From NCBI GenBank assembly GCA_037137375.1, contig JBAXKJ010000060.1:1-14387 (forward strand): a stretch of 14,387 nt of DNA, read 5' to 3'. A program made the translations under genes and the position numbers. Source of the DNA: Prolixibacteraceae bacterium (lineage in GTDB: Bacteria; Bacteroidota; Bacteroidia; Bacteroidales; Prolixibacteraceae). Each line of letters starts with the position of its first letter. Position 1 is the first letter of the stretch. The notes below the pieces were generated by a model. It did not search any database. It saw only the letters and a program-made list of their open reading frames with translations, and was not told where the DNA came from. This document shows positions 6,969-14,387 of this stretch, in pieces.

Positions 6969-7730
6969 TCAAACTTCAATTATCAGTCCATCGTAACCCG
7001 GTTCGACACCCTCCGGCAACTCGTCAAGCAAGGCAGCATGAAACCCCATGTCGTGGCTCATGTGCGTCAGATAGGTCATCCTTGGGGAAATCTTTTTTAC
7101 GATCTGCAGCGCCTGCTCAAGGTTCAGGTGGGCTATATGAATCGATTTTCTTAAGGCACAGATGACTAAAGTATCCAGTCCCTGCAGCTTCTCCAGCTCC
7201 TCCGGTTCGATCCGGTTGAAGTCGGTCAGGTATGCAAATTTTCCGAACCGGAATCCATATACCGGCAGTTTATGATGGTAAAGGCGTATGGGTGTAATCC
7301 CTATTCCTCCGATTTTAAAAGATGTTCCATCGATGGGTATTAAATCCATCTGAGGCGTTCCAGGGTACTTGATCTCGGCAAAGGCATAGTTAAAGATCGT
7401 CATCAGGTTATCGGCCACCCTTTTTTCACAGTAGATATCCATCGGAGATTTACGGATCCAGTTGAAGCTTCGGATGTCGTCGAGACCGAAGATGTGATCG
7501 GCATGCTCGTGGGTAAGCAGAACGGCATCAAGATTGGTGACCCGATGTTTCAGCATCTGCTGCCTGAAATCCGGACCGGCATCCACCAGCAGGCTGGTAC
7601 CATTTTCTTCGACCAGGATGGCGCATCTCAATCGTTTATCCCGGGAATCCGTCGACCGGCAAACTTCGCAATTGCAAGCGATGACCGGAATTCCCTGTGA
7701 GGTTCCCGTCCCAAGGAGCGTAATTTTCAT
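6969..7730 (-). CDS. MBL-fold metallo-hydrolase (PhnP-like)
   Basis: N-terminus MKITLLGTGTSQGIP. The HEHADH zinc-binding motif (LLTHEHADHIFGLDD) is present. 253 aa. Confidence 0.8.
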   Translation of the reverse strand: MKITLLGTGTSQGIPVIACNCEVCRSTDSRDKRLRCAILVEENGTSLLVDAGPDFRQQMLKHRVTNLDAVLLTHEHADHIFGLDDIRSFNWIRKSPMDIYCEKRVADNLMTIFNYAFAEIKYPGTPQMDLIPIDGTSFKIGGIGITPIRLYHHKLPVYGFRFGKFAYLTDFNRIEPEELEKLQGLDTLVICALRKSIHIAHLNLEQALQIVKKISPRMTYLTHMSHDMGFHAALLDELPEGVEPGYDGLIIEV

Positions 7731-7742
7731 CCTAACTTCCTT

Positions 7743-8468
7743 TTACTTTTTCTGTAATCCTGTTCCGGAGGACGAAAGTAGGAAAATGGCCGGACGTTTA
7801 TTGAGATCCGGCAAAGATTTCTTCCAGGCAGCGATAGTTTTCGTCACCACAAATTCACTTTCCATGGTCAAATCGACTGCGATACAAAGCCGTGTATGAT
7901 CCTGACAGGCCGCCAAAAGATCATTGAGCAGGTGAATATTCCGGTAAGGTGTTTCGATGAAAATCTGCGTCTGATTATCCCTGGCCGAATTTCGCTCCAG
8001 ATTGCGGATGGCGGCAGTCCGTTCGGCTGGCTTAACCGGAAGATATCCCGTAAAAGCAAAATTCTGGCCGTTCATTCCTGAAGCCATCAGGGATAAAAGG
8101 ATCGAGGAGGGACCCACCAATGGAACTACCTGGATTCCTTTTTCGTGTGCGATCTTCACCAGGTCAGCGCCCGGATCGGCCACACCAGGACAACCTGCTT
8201 CGGATAGAATACCGACATCAAAACCCTGTTTGACAGGATCCAGCAGGGTTTCGAGTCCCAGTTGCCTGGAATGTTCATTCAGCTCTTTGAAATCCAGATC
8301 ATCAATGACGATCTCAGGCACCATCTTCTTCAGATGCCTCCTGGCTGTCCGCAGGTCTTCGACCACGAAATACCGAAGCGTTCGGACGACCCTGGTGATC
8401 TCCGACGGCAGCACCTTTTCGAAAGCAGTTTCACCAAGAACGGTGGGAATCAGGTATAGTTTAGCCAA
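7743..8468 (-). CDS. SAM-dependent methyltransferase, tetrapyrrole-methylase fold (RsmI-like)
   Basis: LYLIPTVLGE near the N-terminus and GCPGVADPG / VVPLVGPSSILLSLMASG match the RsmI/TP_methylase pattern. 241 aa is shorter than bona fide RsmI, so the family assignment is generic. Confidence 0.7.
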   Translation of the reverse strand: MAKLYLIPTVLGETAFEKVLPSEITRVVRTLRYFVVEDLRTARRHLKKMVPEIVIDDLDFKELNEHSRQLGLETLLDPVKQGFDVGILSEAGCPGVADPGADLVKIAHEKGIQVVPLVGPSSILLSLMASGMNGQNFAFTGYLPVKPAERTAAIRNLERNSARDNQTQIFIETPYRNIHLLNDLLAACQDHTRLCIAVDLTMESEFVVTKTIAAWKKSLPDLNKRPAIFLLSSSGTGLQKK

Positions 8469-8478
8469 TGAGTAGACG

Positions 8479-9156
8479 TTAATTTTTTGCCTTTAATTCT
8501 TTTACAATGGCCATGGCTTCCCGAACTTTTTGCTCGATGAAACCAAAGTCTCCACTGGCAATTACCTCAGGTGGTGTGAGTTGCGAACCTAATCCAACGC
8601 ATGCCACACCTGCTTTAAACCATGCTTCCAAGTTTTCCCGGTCGGGGGTAACACCTCCTGAAGGCATGATTAGCGTCCACGGACAAGGCGCCAGAATGGC
8701 TTTTACGAAGGATGGTCCGCCCACCTCCTTACCAGGAAAGATCTTCACGATCTCGCAACCCAGCTCTTCGGCCAGGTTAATCTCCGAGAGCGTTCCGCAT
8801 CCAGGCATCCAGGCAATCTTGCGGCGGTTGCAGACTTTGGCCATATCCGGGTTCAGGCTCGGGGAGACGATGAAATTCGCCCCAAGCTGGATGTAGAGGG
8901 CGGCTGTGGCTCCGTCGACGACAGATCCGACGCCCATCACCATCTCCGGACATTCTTTTGCGCACCATTTGTTTACTTCTGCGAACACTTCGTGGGCAAA
9001 ATCACCCCTGTTGGTAAATTCAAAAACCCTTGCTCCACCAGCGTAGCAAGCCTTAACGACGTTTTTCACGAGGTCGGCATCCTTGTTATAATAGAGCGGA
9101 ACGATGCCCGTTCCGGTGAGGGTATTTAATACGTGCAATCTTTTGAATCGTGCCAT
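8479..9156 (-). CDS. eda: KDPG / 4-hydroxy-2-oxoglutarate aldolase
   Basis: 225 aa. MARFKRLHVLNTLTGTGIVPLYY...GGARVFEFTNRGD is the typical Bacteroidota Eda N-terminus. The C-terminus reads KAGVACVGLGSQL. Confidence 0.9.
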   Translation of the reverse strand: MARFKRLHVLNTLTGTGIVPLYYNKDADLVKNVVKACYAGGARVFEFTNRGDFAHEVFAEVNKWCAKECPEMVMGVGSVVDGATAALYIQLGANFIVSPSLNPDMAKVCNRRKIAWMPGCGTLSEINLAEELGCEIVKIFPGKEVGGPSFVKAILAPCPWTLIMPSGGVTPDRENLEAWFKAGVACVGLGSQLTPPEVIASGDFGFIEQKVREAMAIVKELKAKN

Positions 9157-9165
9157 GTTGAGAAA

Positions 9166-9229
9166 GAATATGGGAAAATGAGAAAATGAGAAAATGGGAA
9201 AATGAGAATATGAGAATATGGGAAGATGA
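9166..9229. repeat. 8 tandem copies of an 8-bp unit GAA[A/T/G]ATG[A/G] that fill the kdgK-eda intergenic spacer
   Basis: Read directly: gaatatgg gaaaatga gaaaatga gaaaatgg gaaaatga gaatatga gaatatgg gaagatga. The array runs from 3 nt after the kdgK stop to 10 nt before the eda start codon. In mRNA sense the unit is YCATNTTC. Confidence 0.85.
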
Positions 9230-9232
9230 GAT

Positions 9233-10267
9233 TTAGCGGGAGACCCTGCCGGAGGAGTCGCCGCCCATCAGTTTCTCGACTTCGGAAACCGTCACCCGAT
9301 TGTAATCCCCGTAGATCGTATGCTTCAGACAGGATGCCGCTACCGCGAAATCCAGGGCGGATTGAAGGTCTTCACGGTAGGTGAGCAGACCATAAATCAG
9401 TCCTCCCATGAAAGAATCGCCACCGCCGACACGGTCGACGATATGGGTGATTTGGTAGGTAGGCGCCTTGTAAAGCATTTTACCGTCGTACAGCACACCG
9501 CTCCACGAATTGTGGTTGGCGCTGACGGATCCCCTAAGGGTGGTAATGACTTTTTTGCAACGCGGAAATCTAGACATAATCTTCTGTGATACTGACAGAT
9601 AAGCCTCAGCATCTACATGACCGGCGGTCACATCAACACCATCAGGATGAATGTGCAGGGCCATTTCGGCATCTTCTTCGTTTCCCAACACGACATCGCA
9701 ACCTTCTACCAGCAACGGCATGACTTCATGGGCTTGTTTGCCATATTTCCAGAGATTTTTCCTGAAATTCAGGTCAGTAGAGACCGTTATTCCCAATCTG
9801 TTGGCAGCCTTAATGGCTTCGAGGCAAACATCTGCGGCGCCCTGGGAGATGGCAGGCGTTATACCCGTCCAATGAAACCAGTTGGCACCCTGAAAGACCT
9901 TGTCCCAGTCGACCATGCCTGATTTTATCTCCGCGATGGAAGAACCGGACCGGTCGTAGATGACTTTACTGGCACGGCTGACAGCGCCGGATTCAAGGAA
10001 ATAAATCCCCATCCTGTCGCCACCCCTAATTATTCCGGTCGTGTCGACACCGAATCCCCTCAGTTCGCGGATGCAGGCATCAGCGATTTCATTTTTAGGA
10101 AGACGGGTGATAAATTTAACATCGATGCCATAATTGGCCAGTGAGACGGCCACATTGGCCTCGCCTCCTCCGAATGTGGCGCTCAGGTTGCCGGACTGAC
10201 CAAACCGCTCGAAGCCGGGAGTAGCCAGACGCAACATGATTTCGCCGAATGTGATTACTTTTTCCAT
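9233..10267 (-). CDS. kdgK: 2-dehydro-3-deoxygluconokinase (PfkB/ribokinase family)
   Basis: 344 aa. N-terminus KVITFGEIMLRLATPG...GGGEANVAV and C-terminus DRVGGGDSFMGGLIYGLL carry the PfkB signatures. Confidence 0.9.
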   Translation of the reverse strand: MEKVITFGEIMLRLATPGFERFGQSGNLSATFGGGEANVAVSLANYGIDVKFITRLPKNEIADACIRELRGFGVDTTGIIRGGDRMGIYFLESGAVSRASKVIYDRSGSSIAEIKSGMVDWDKVFQGANWFHWTGITPAISQGAADVCLEAIKAANRLGITVSTDLNFRKNLWKYGKQAHEVMPLLVEGCDVVLGNEEDAEMALHIHPDGVDVTAGHVDAEAYLSVSQKIMSRFPRCKKVITTLRGSVSANHNSWSGVLYDGKMLYKAPTYQITHIVDRVGGGDSFMGGLIYGLLTYREDLQSALDFAVAASCLKHTIYGDYNRVTVSEVEKLMGGDSSGRVSR

Positions 10268-10278
10268 TTCAATGTCGA

Positions 10279-11076
10279 TTAATTGACTTCGTTTTCTCCT
10301 TTTACGTAACCAAAATTAGCCAAAATTCCGCCATCTACATAGAGAATATGGCCATTGACAAAATCTGCGGCCTTCGAAGCGAGGAAGAGCGCAGCATTGC
10401 CAACATCTTCAGGTTCGCCCCAGCGACCGGCGGGTGTGCGGGTCATCACCAGATCGTTGAATGGATGTCCGCCGAGACGGATATCGGCTGTCTGAGAAGT
10501 TGCGATATAACCCGGACCAATCCCGTTGATCTGAACGTTATATTTGGCCCACTCGCAGCACATGTTGGCTGTCAGGAGTTTGAGTCCGCCTTTGGCTGAG
10601 GCATAAGCCGAAACAGAGTTGCGGCCATAGACGCTCATCATGGAGCACATGTTGATAATCTTGCCGCTGCGGCGGGCAATCATACCGGGAGCCACACGTT
10701 TGGCGATGATCAGCGGAGCAACCAGGTCGATATCGATGACCTGTTTAAAGTCGCTGATAGCCATGTTCAAAATCGGAATACGTTTGATGATACCAGCGTT
10801 GTTCACTAGGATATCAACGGGTCCAACTTCCTTTTCGATGATAGAAATTCCTTTATCGACGGCTTCTTCGTTGGTAACATCGAAATTGAGGGTGAAGACG
10901 TCGAGTCCAACTTTTGCATATTCCACTTTGCAGGATTCCAGTTTTTCGTCAGACAAATCGTTGACACAAATTTTGGCACCTGCGGCGCCGAGGGTCTTGG
11001 CAATAGCCATCCCGATTCCATGAGTCCCACCGGTGATGAGCGCTACTTTACCTGTTAAATCAAAAAGATCATTCAT
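10279..11076 (-). CDS. kduD: SDR oxidoreductase, 2-dehydro-3-deoxy-D-gluconate 5-dehydrogenase / gluconate 5-dehydrogenase type
   Basis: 265 aa. Rossmann motif GKVALITGGTHGIGMAIA, NNAG, and the catalytic S...YxxxK (YASAKGG). The position between kduI and kdgK supports KduD. The IdnO-versus-KduD choice is an inference from context. Confidence 0.8.
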   Translation of the reverse strand: MNDLFDLTGKVALITGGTHGIGMAIAKTLGAAGAKICVNDLSDEKLESCKVEYAKVGLDVFTLNFDVTNEEAVDKGISIIEKEVGPVDILVNNAGIIKRIPILNMAISDFKQVIDIDLVAPLIIAKRVAPGMIARRSGKIINMCSMMSVYGRNSVSAYASAKGGLKLLTANMCCEWAKYNVQINGIGPGYIATSQTADIRLGGHPFNDLVMTRTPAGRWGEPEDVGNAALFLASKAADFVNGHILYVDGGILANFGYVKGENEVN

Positions 11077-11099
11077 ATTAATTTATTTAAAGTATTAAT

Positions 11100-12341
11100 T
11101 TATAGTGAGATAGCGTGGTCAGCATGAAAATCTTGTCCACTCCATATTTTTTTGGCTGTCCAGTCAGCCGGAGCATCTGCCCAGAAGGGGTCATCCGCCG
11201 GCAGGCCGAGCGGTAAGAGACCAACAGAACAGAGATAGAGACTACCAGTGGAGATATATCCCTCACCGATAGCAGGTTGATGACCGCAGAAGCCAATGGC
11301 CAGCCATCCCTGCGCGTCGAACATTCCGGGTACTTCAGACATTCTGTGAATAACGGCAGACAAGGCACAACGTACCTGAGCCGGTTTCAATCCGTCGGAA
11401 AGCTGGTGTTTCAGGGCCATCATTCCGAGGTGATGGAAGCAGCCGAAACGATAAGGCAGGGAACGGCCGATAGCTGGAAAACTTCCTTCCGGGGAGATCA
11501 GTTTCTCCTGAATATCGGCGTATCTTTTGGCTCTAACCAAGATTTGTTCGTATGTGAAATGCCTGCTCCTGTCTTTTTTGACCCAGATTTCCATAATAGA
11601 GAGCATCATGGGCTGAATGACGAAACTGTTGTAATAATCCCAATGAAAATCGGGACCGTCTCCGTACATTCCATCACCCTTGTACCATTCCATCATTTTC
11701 CGGATAGCCAGATCTGTGCGCATTTCATCCGCCTGATCGCCGGCGAACAACAGAAAAGTCTCCACCATTGCACTGAACAGCAACCAGTTGTTATATCCGG
11801 GAGTAATGACCCGGCAACTTTTGACGGCGGTAACCAGTTGCTGCCGGGTTGTCTCGTCCAGCTGATGCCACAAGACATTTGGTGCACGCAGAACGGCGAG
11901 GCAGAGGAAGGCCGAATCGACCAACGGCTGAGAATTTTTGGTAAAATTCATGAAATCAGGCGATTGCGGATCGACTGCCATTTTCAATGACTTTTGGGCC
12001 AGCAGAATCATTTTACTTCTGGTCTGCCCTTCTTTTGTGTTATCCGGACCGAGTTCCAGCCAGGGAGCCATTCCGGCCATCAGGCGGCCAAAGGCTTCCA
12101 GGTAGGTCACGGTTCTACGGTTAGCTTCAGAACCGGGGGCGCATTCCACCGGCATATTCTTTTTCAGCTCACCTTTGCTGAGCGATTCAAGTACAGGATT
12201 GGCAATCCTGGTAAGCAGATTGACCCAATATTCCCTTTCGGAGAGGACGGGGGACTGAACCGGAGTCGAAGCATCCACTCTTCCTGCAAGAGGGAGCAGC
12301 CCTGCCAGAGTAAGGAATTTAAAGGCGTTTCTGCGATCCAT
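11100..12341 (-). CDS. secreted DUF2264-family protein (GH154-like putative uronyl hydrolase)
   Basis: 413 aa. The N-terminus MDRRNAFKFLTLAGLLPLAG has an RR motif and looks like a Tat-type signal. From memory, DUF2264 (PF10022) corresponds to CAZy GH154; I cannot verify this here. The gene sits between kduI and kduD. Confidence 0.7.
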   Translation of the reverse strand: MDRRNAFKFLTLAGLLPLAGRVDASTPVQSPVLSEREYWVNLLTRIANPVLESLSKGELKKNMPVECAPGSEANRRTVTYLEAFGRLMAGMAPWLELGPDNTKEGQTRSKMILLAQKSLKMAVDPQSPDFMNFTKNSQPLVDSAFLCLAVLRAPNVLWHQLDETTRQQLVTAVKSCRVITPGYNNWLLFSAMVETFLLFAGDQADEMRTDLAIRKMMEWYKGDGMYGDGPDFHWDYYNSFVIQPMMLSIMEIWVKKDRSRHFTYEQILVRAKRYADIQEKLISPEGSFPAIGRSLPYRFGCFHHLGMMALKHQLSDGLKPAQVRCALSAVIHRMSEVPGMFDAQGWLAIGFCGHQPAIGEGYISTGSLYLCSVGLLPLGLPADDPFWADAPADWTAKKIWSGQDFHADHAISL

Positions 12342-12347
12342 AATCTT

Positions 12348-13190
12348 CTACTTCAGCTGATTAGGTTGCACGATGTCCATATCAGCATAATCGAGGTTCT
12401 CCCCTGCCATTCCCCAGATGAAAACATAATTACTTGTACCTGCGGCTGAGTGAATAGACCAGTTGGGCGAAATGACTGCCTGTTCGTTGGTCATCCAGAT
12501 ATGGCGGGTTTCCTGCGGCTGTCCCATGAAATGGCAAACTGCCTGACCATCTGGTACATTGAAGTAGAAATAGACTTCCATCCTGCGGCTGTGGGTGTGG
12601 GCAGGCATCGTGTTCCATACGCTACCCGGGCGTAGTTCAGTCATGCCCATCTGCAGCTGACAAGTTTCGATGACTTTGTTGATCAGCAGTTGGTTGATCT
12701 GCCTTTCGTTGGATGTCAATTGGGAACCCATCTGAAGAACATTTGCATCCTTCATGGTAATATGGCGGGAGGGAAGTTCTTTGTGGGCAGGTGTTGAGTT
12801 CAGGTAGAAACGGGCGGGCTGGTCCTTGCTGTCAGAGTTGAAAATGATTTTTTCGGATCCTTTTCCGACATAGAGCGCTTCCTTGAAATCGACTGAATAG
12901 ACCTTATCATCGACGGTTACTGAACCTTTGCCACCGACATTGATAATTCCAAGCTCACGGCGGAAGCAGAAAAAAGGTGCCTTCAGTGGTTCGATAGTGG
13001 TCAGTTCAAGAGGTCCGTTGGCAGGTACTGCCCCTCCGGCAATGTAACGGTCGTAATGGGAATAGACCAGGTTGATGGTATCTGGTTCCATTACGGTTTC
13101 GATCAGAAAATGTTCCCTGAGTTTTTGAGTGTCATAATGCTTTGCATCAGTTGGATGGGAAGCAAATCGTTCTTCGAATTTGATAGTCAT
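12348..13190 (-). CDS. kduI: 5-dehydro-4-deoxy-D-glucuronate isomerase
   Basis: 280 aa, the right length for KduI, with cupin-like blocks ([48 protein letters not shown]). Confidence 0.9.
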   Translation of the reverse strand: MTIKFEERFASHPTDAKHYDTQKLREHFLIETVMEPDTINLVYSHYDRYIAGGAVPANGPLELTTIEPLKAPFFCFRRELGIINVGGKGSVTVDDKVYSVDFKEALYVGKGSEKIIFNSDSKDQPARFYLNSTPAHKELPSRHITMKDANVLQMGSQLTSNERQINQLLINKVIETCQLQMGMTELRPGSVWNTMPAHTHSRRMEVYFYFNVPDGQAVCHFMGQPQETRHIWMTNEQAVISPNWSIHSAAGTSNYVFIWGMAGENLDYADMDIVQPNQLK

Positions 13191-13237
13191 GGTTGGGCAA
13201 TTTTAAAGGTTTTTATTTAATATGAGGTCTGCGAAAA

Positions 13238-13260
13238 TTTGTGTGGCCGGCACAAATATA
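13238..13260. promoter_or_regulatory. imperfect palindrome TTTGTGtGGCCGGCaCAAA overlapping a Bacteroidota -7 box (TATATTTG on the minus strand, 13253-13260), the putative kduI promoter
   Basis: TAnnTTTG is the sigma-A(Bfr) -7 consensus. On the minus strand TATATTTG lies about 63 nt upstream of the kduI ATG. The palindrome (6-bp arms around a GGCCGG core) covers the -7 box and the predicted transcription start. Confidence 0.45.
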
Positions 13261-13278
13261 GACACTAATTTGAAATTG

Positions 13279-13292
13279 TGCAATCGATTGCA
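13279..13292. promoter_or_regulatory. perfect 14-bp palindrome TGCAATCGATTGCA, a LacI-family operator candidate
   Basis: It fits the LacI/CcpA-type consensus TGnAAnCGnTTnCA exactly. It lies 19 nt upstream of the minus-strand -7 box (about -37 of the kduI promoter) and 70 nt upstream of the divergent LacI-family gene. Confidence 0.55.
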
Positions 13293-13361
13293 TTTTATTT
13301 TAATCTTATATGTTAAAAATAGAAATTATTCACATCTTTGTAGTTCATTGCCTTAAATATA

Positions 13362-14387
13362 ATGAATAAAAAGTCCGAACCGACCATTCACGACATCGCC
13401 AGAGAACTAAAAATCTCTGCCTCCACGGTTTCCCGGGCGTTACAGAATAACCCTCGAATCAGCTTAAAAACGAGGGAAAAGATTCTCTCCCTCGCTGAAA
13501 CAATGGGTTACAGACCAAATAGCCTCGCCTCCAATCTCCGCAATAAAAAATCCAACACCATTGGAATTGTCGTGCCTTTGATCAACCGGCATTTCTTTGC
13601 CTCCGTGATCAGTGGTGCCGAAGAGGTAGCTTTCAAGGCAGGCTACACCGTCGTAATCTCTCAGTCTAACGACCTTGCCGACAAGGAAATAGCCATCGTT
13701 CATTCCATGTTTGCCAACCGTGTGGACGGACTGATTATCTCCATTGCCATGGATAGCACCACTTTTGAACACCTGAAAATGTTCACAAGGAAGAATATCC
13801 CGATGGTCTTTTTCGACAGGGCTGTGCCGGAAATTGAGACCAATAAAATTGTAGTAGATGATTTTATGGGTGGTTTCCGGGTTACCCAGCACCTGATAGA
13901 CCAGGGTTACAAAAGGATCGGGCACATGGCAGGCCCACAGAATCTCACGACCTACCGTGAAAGAAAATCCGGATACATGGAAGCGCTCAGCCAAAACGGC
14001 CTTTCATTCGACGAAACCCTGGTCGTTACCAATAAACTTACCAGTGAAGATGGTACTGCAGCCATTCAGCATCTCATGAGCCTTCCGAAACCTCCCGACG
14101 CCATCTTTTGCTGCAATGACACCACGGCTCTCAGCGCCATGATCTACCTCCGCAGCGAAGGATACAGAATCCCAGAAGACATTGGTATCGTAGGCTTTAG
14201 CAATGAGCCTTTTTCAAGAGTGGTCTCCCCTTCCATCTCCACCATCGCTCAACCTGCCTTCCTCATGGGGCAAAAAGCTGCGGAACTCATTCTAAATCAG
14301 ATTGAGAATCAGGAAAAATCTTTCACAACACTGGTACTTCCTACCGAATTGATTATCAGGGAATCATCGAACCGGAAGTTGATATAA
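13362..14387 (+). CDS. LacI-family transcriptional regulator
   Basis: 341 aa. The N-terminal HTH reads TIHDIARELKISASTVSRALQN...ETMGYRPNSLA and is followed by a periplasmic-binding-protein-like sugar-binding domain. The gene is divergent from the kduI array. The stop codon is the last triplet of the window. Confidence 0.9.
   Translation: MNKKSEPTIHDIARELKISASTVSRALQNNPRISLKTREKILSLAETMGYRPNSLASNLRNKKSNTIGIVVPLINRHFFASVISGAEEVAFKAGYTVVISQSNDLADKEIAIVHSMFANRVDGLIISIAMDSTTFEHLKMFTRKNIPMVFFDRAVPEIETNKIVVDDFMGGFRVTQHLIDQGYKRIGHMAGPQNLTTYRERKSGYMEALSQNGLSFDETLVVTNKLTSEDGTAAIQHLMSLPKPPDAIFCCNDTTALSAMIYLRSEGYRIPEDIGIVGFSNEPFSRVVSPSISTIAQPAFLMGQKAAELILNQIENQEKSFTTLVLPTELIIRESSNRKLI

Noticed and set aside
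7204-7213. GGTTCGATCC inside the MBL-hydrolase gene, identical to the T-loop region of the tRNA-Arg; considered as a possible att-site copy.
   Set aside because: Only 10 nt match and the flanks do not match the tRNA 3' end. It lies inside an intact CDS, so it is coincidence.
11087-11368. 93-aa minus-strand ORF overlapping the 3' end of the DUF2264 gene in another frame.
   Set aside because: It overlaps a well-supported gene out of frame and the peptide has no features.
11277-11990. 237-aa plus-strand ORF, together with many other 60-160-aa ORFs antisense to kduD, DUF2264, kdgK, eda, the MTase, the MBL hydrolase, asnA and the LacI gene (for example 8002-8475, 9617-9922, 10640-11023, 13464-13994).
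   Set aside because: They lie wholly inside well-supported genes on the opposite strand. They are open-frame shadows typical of ~48% G+C coding DNA and have no recognisable protein features.
1-14387. Looked for CRISPR arrays, rRNA, intact IS elements or additional tRNAs.
   Set aside because: None seen. The only regularly spaced repeats are the 8-bp octamer array and the 24-bp edge repeat, neither with CRISPR-like spacers. Only the single tRNA-Arg folds into a cloverleaf.

Overview
The window looks like a Bacteroidota chromosome. A tRNA-Arg(TCT) gene on the minus strand (4536-4608) divides it into two parts.

Right of the tRNA (4.6-14.4 kb) G+C is about 47-48% in the 60-nt stretches I counted by hand. 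Nine tightly spaced minus-strand genes fill this part:
- the four-gene 5-keto-4-deoxyuronate route kduI, kduD, kdgK, eda, with a DUF2264 (GH154-like) secreted protein between kduI and kduD;
- an RsmI-like methyltransferase, an MBL-fold hydrolase and a secreted DUF2891 protein;
- asnA, followed by a clean rho-independent terminator.

A LacI-family regulator is encoded divergently at the right edge. The divergent promoter region carries a perfect LacI-type palindrome, TGCAATCGATTGCA, and a second imperfect palindrome that overlaps a Bacteroidota -7 box.

Left of the tRNA (1-4.5 kb) G+C falls to about 30-33% in hand-counted stretches. Immediately downstream of the tRNA 3' end is a 98-codon ORF that I read as a chimera of two gene remnants:
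- the N-terminal arm-DNA-binding domain of a Bacteroidota tyrosine integrase;
- the last ~30 residues of an IS21-family IstB helper, whose reading frame continues past the stop codon.

This is the signature of an old, decayed tRNA-targeted integrative island. Its surviving cargo is a YqiK-type flotillin (SPFH) protein, a Cys-rich secreted lipoprotein, an 88-aa unknown protein and the 5' end of a GNAT acetyltransferase-like gene that carries a 24-bp tandem repeat at the window edge.

Other notable structures are an 8 x 8-bp tandem repeat that makes up the entire kdgK-eda spacer, and a perfect 22-bp-stem hairpin between the convergent lipoprotein and flotillin genes. I found no CRISPR array, no rRNA and no intact IS element.
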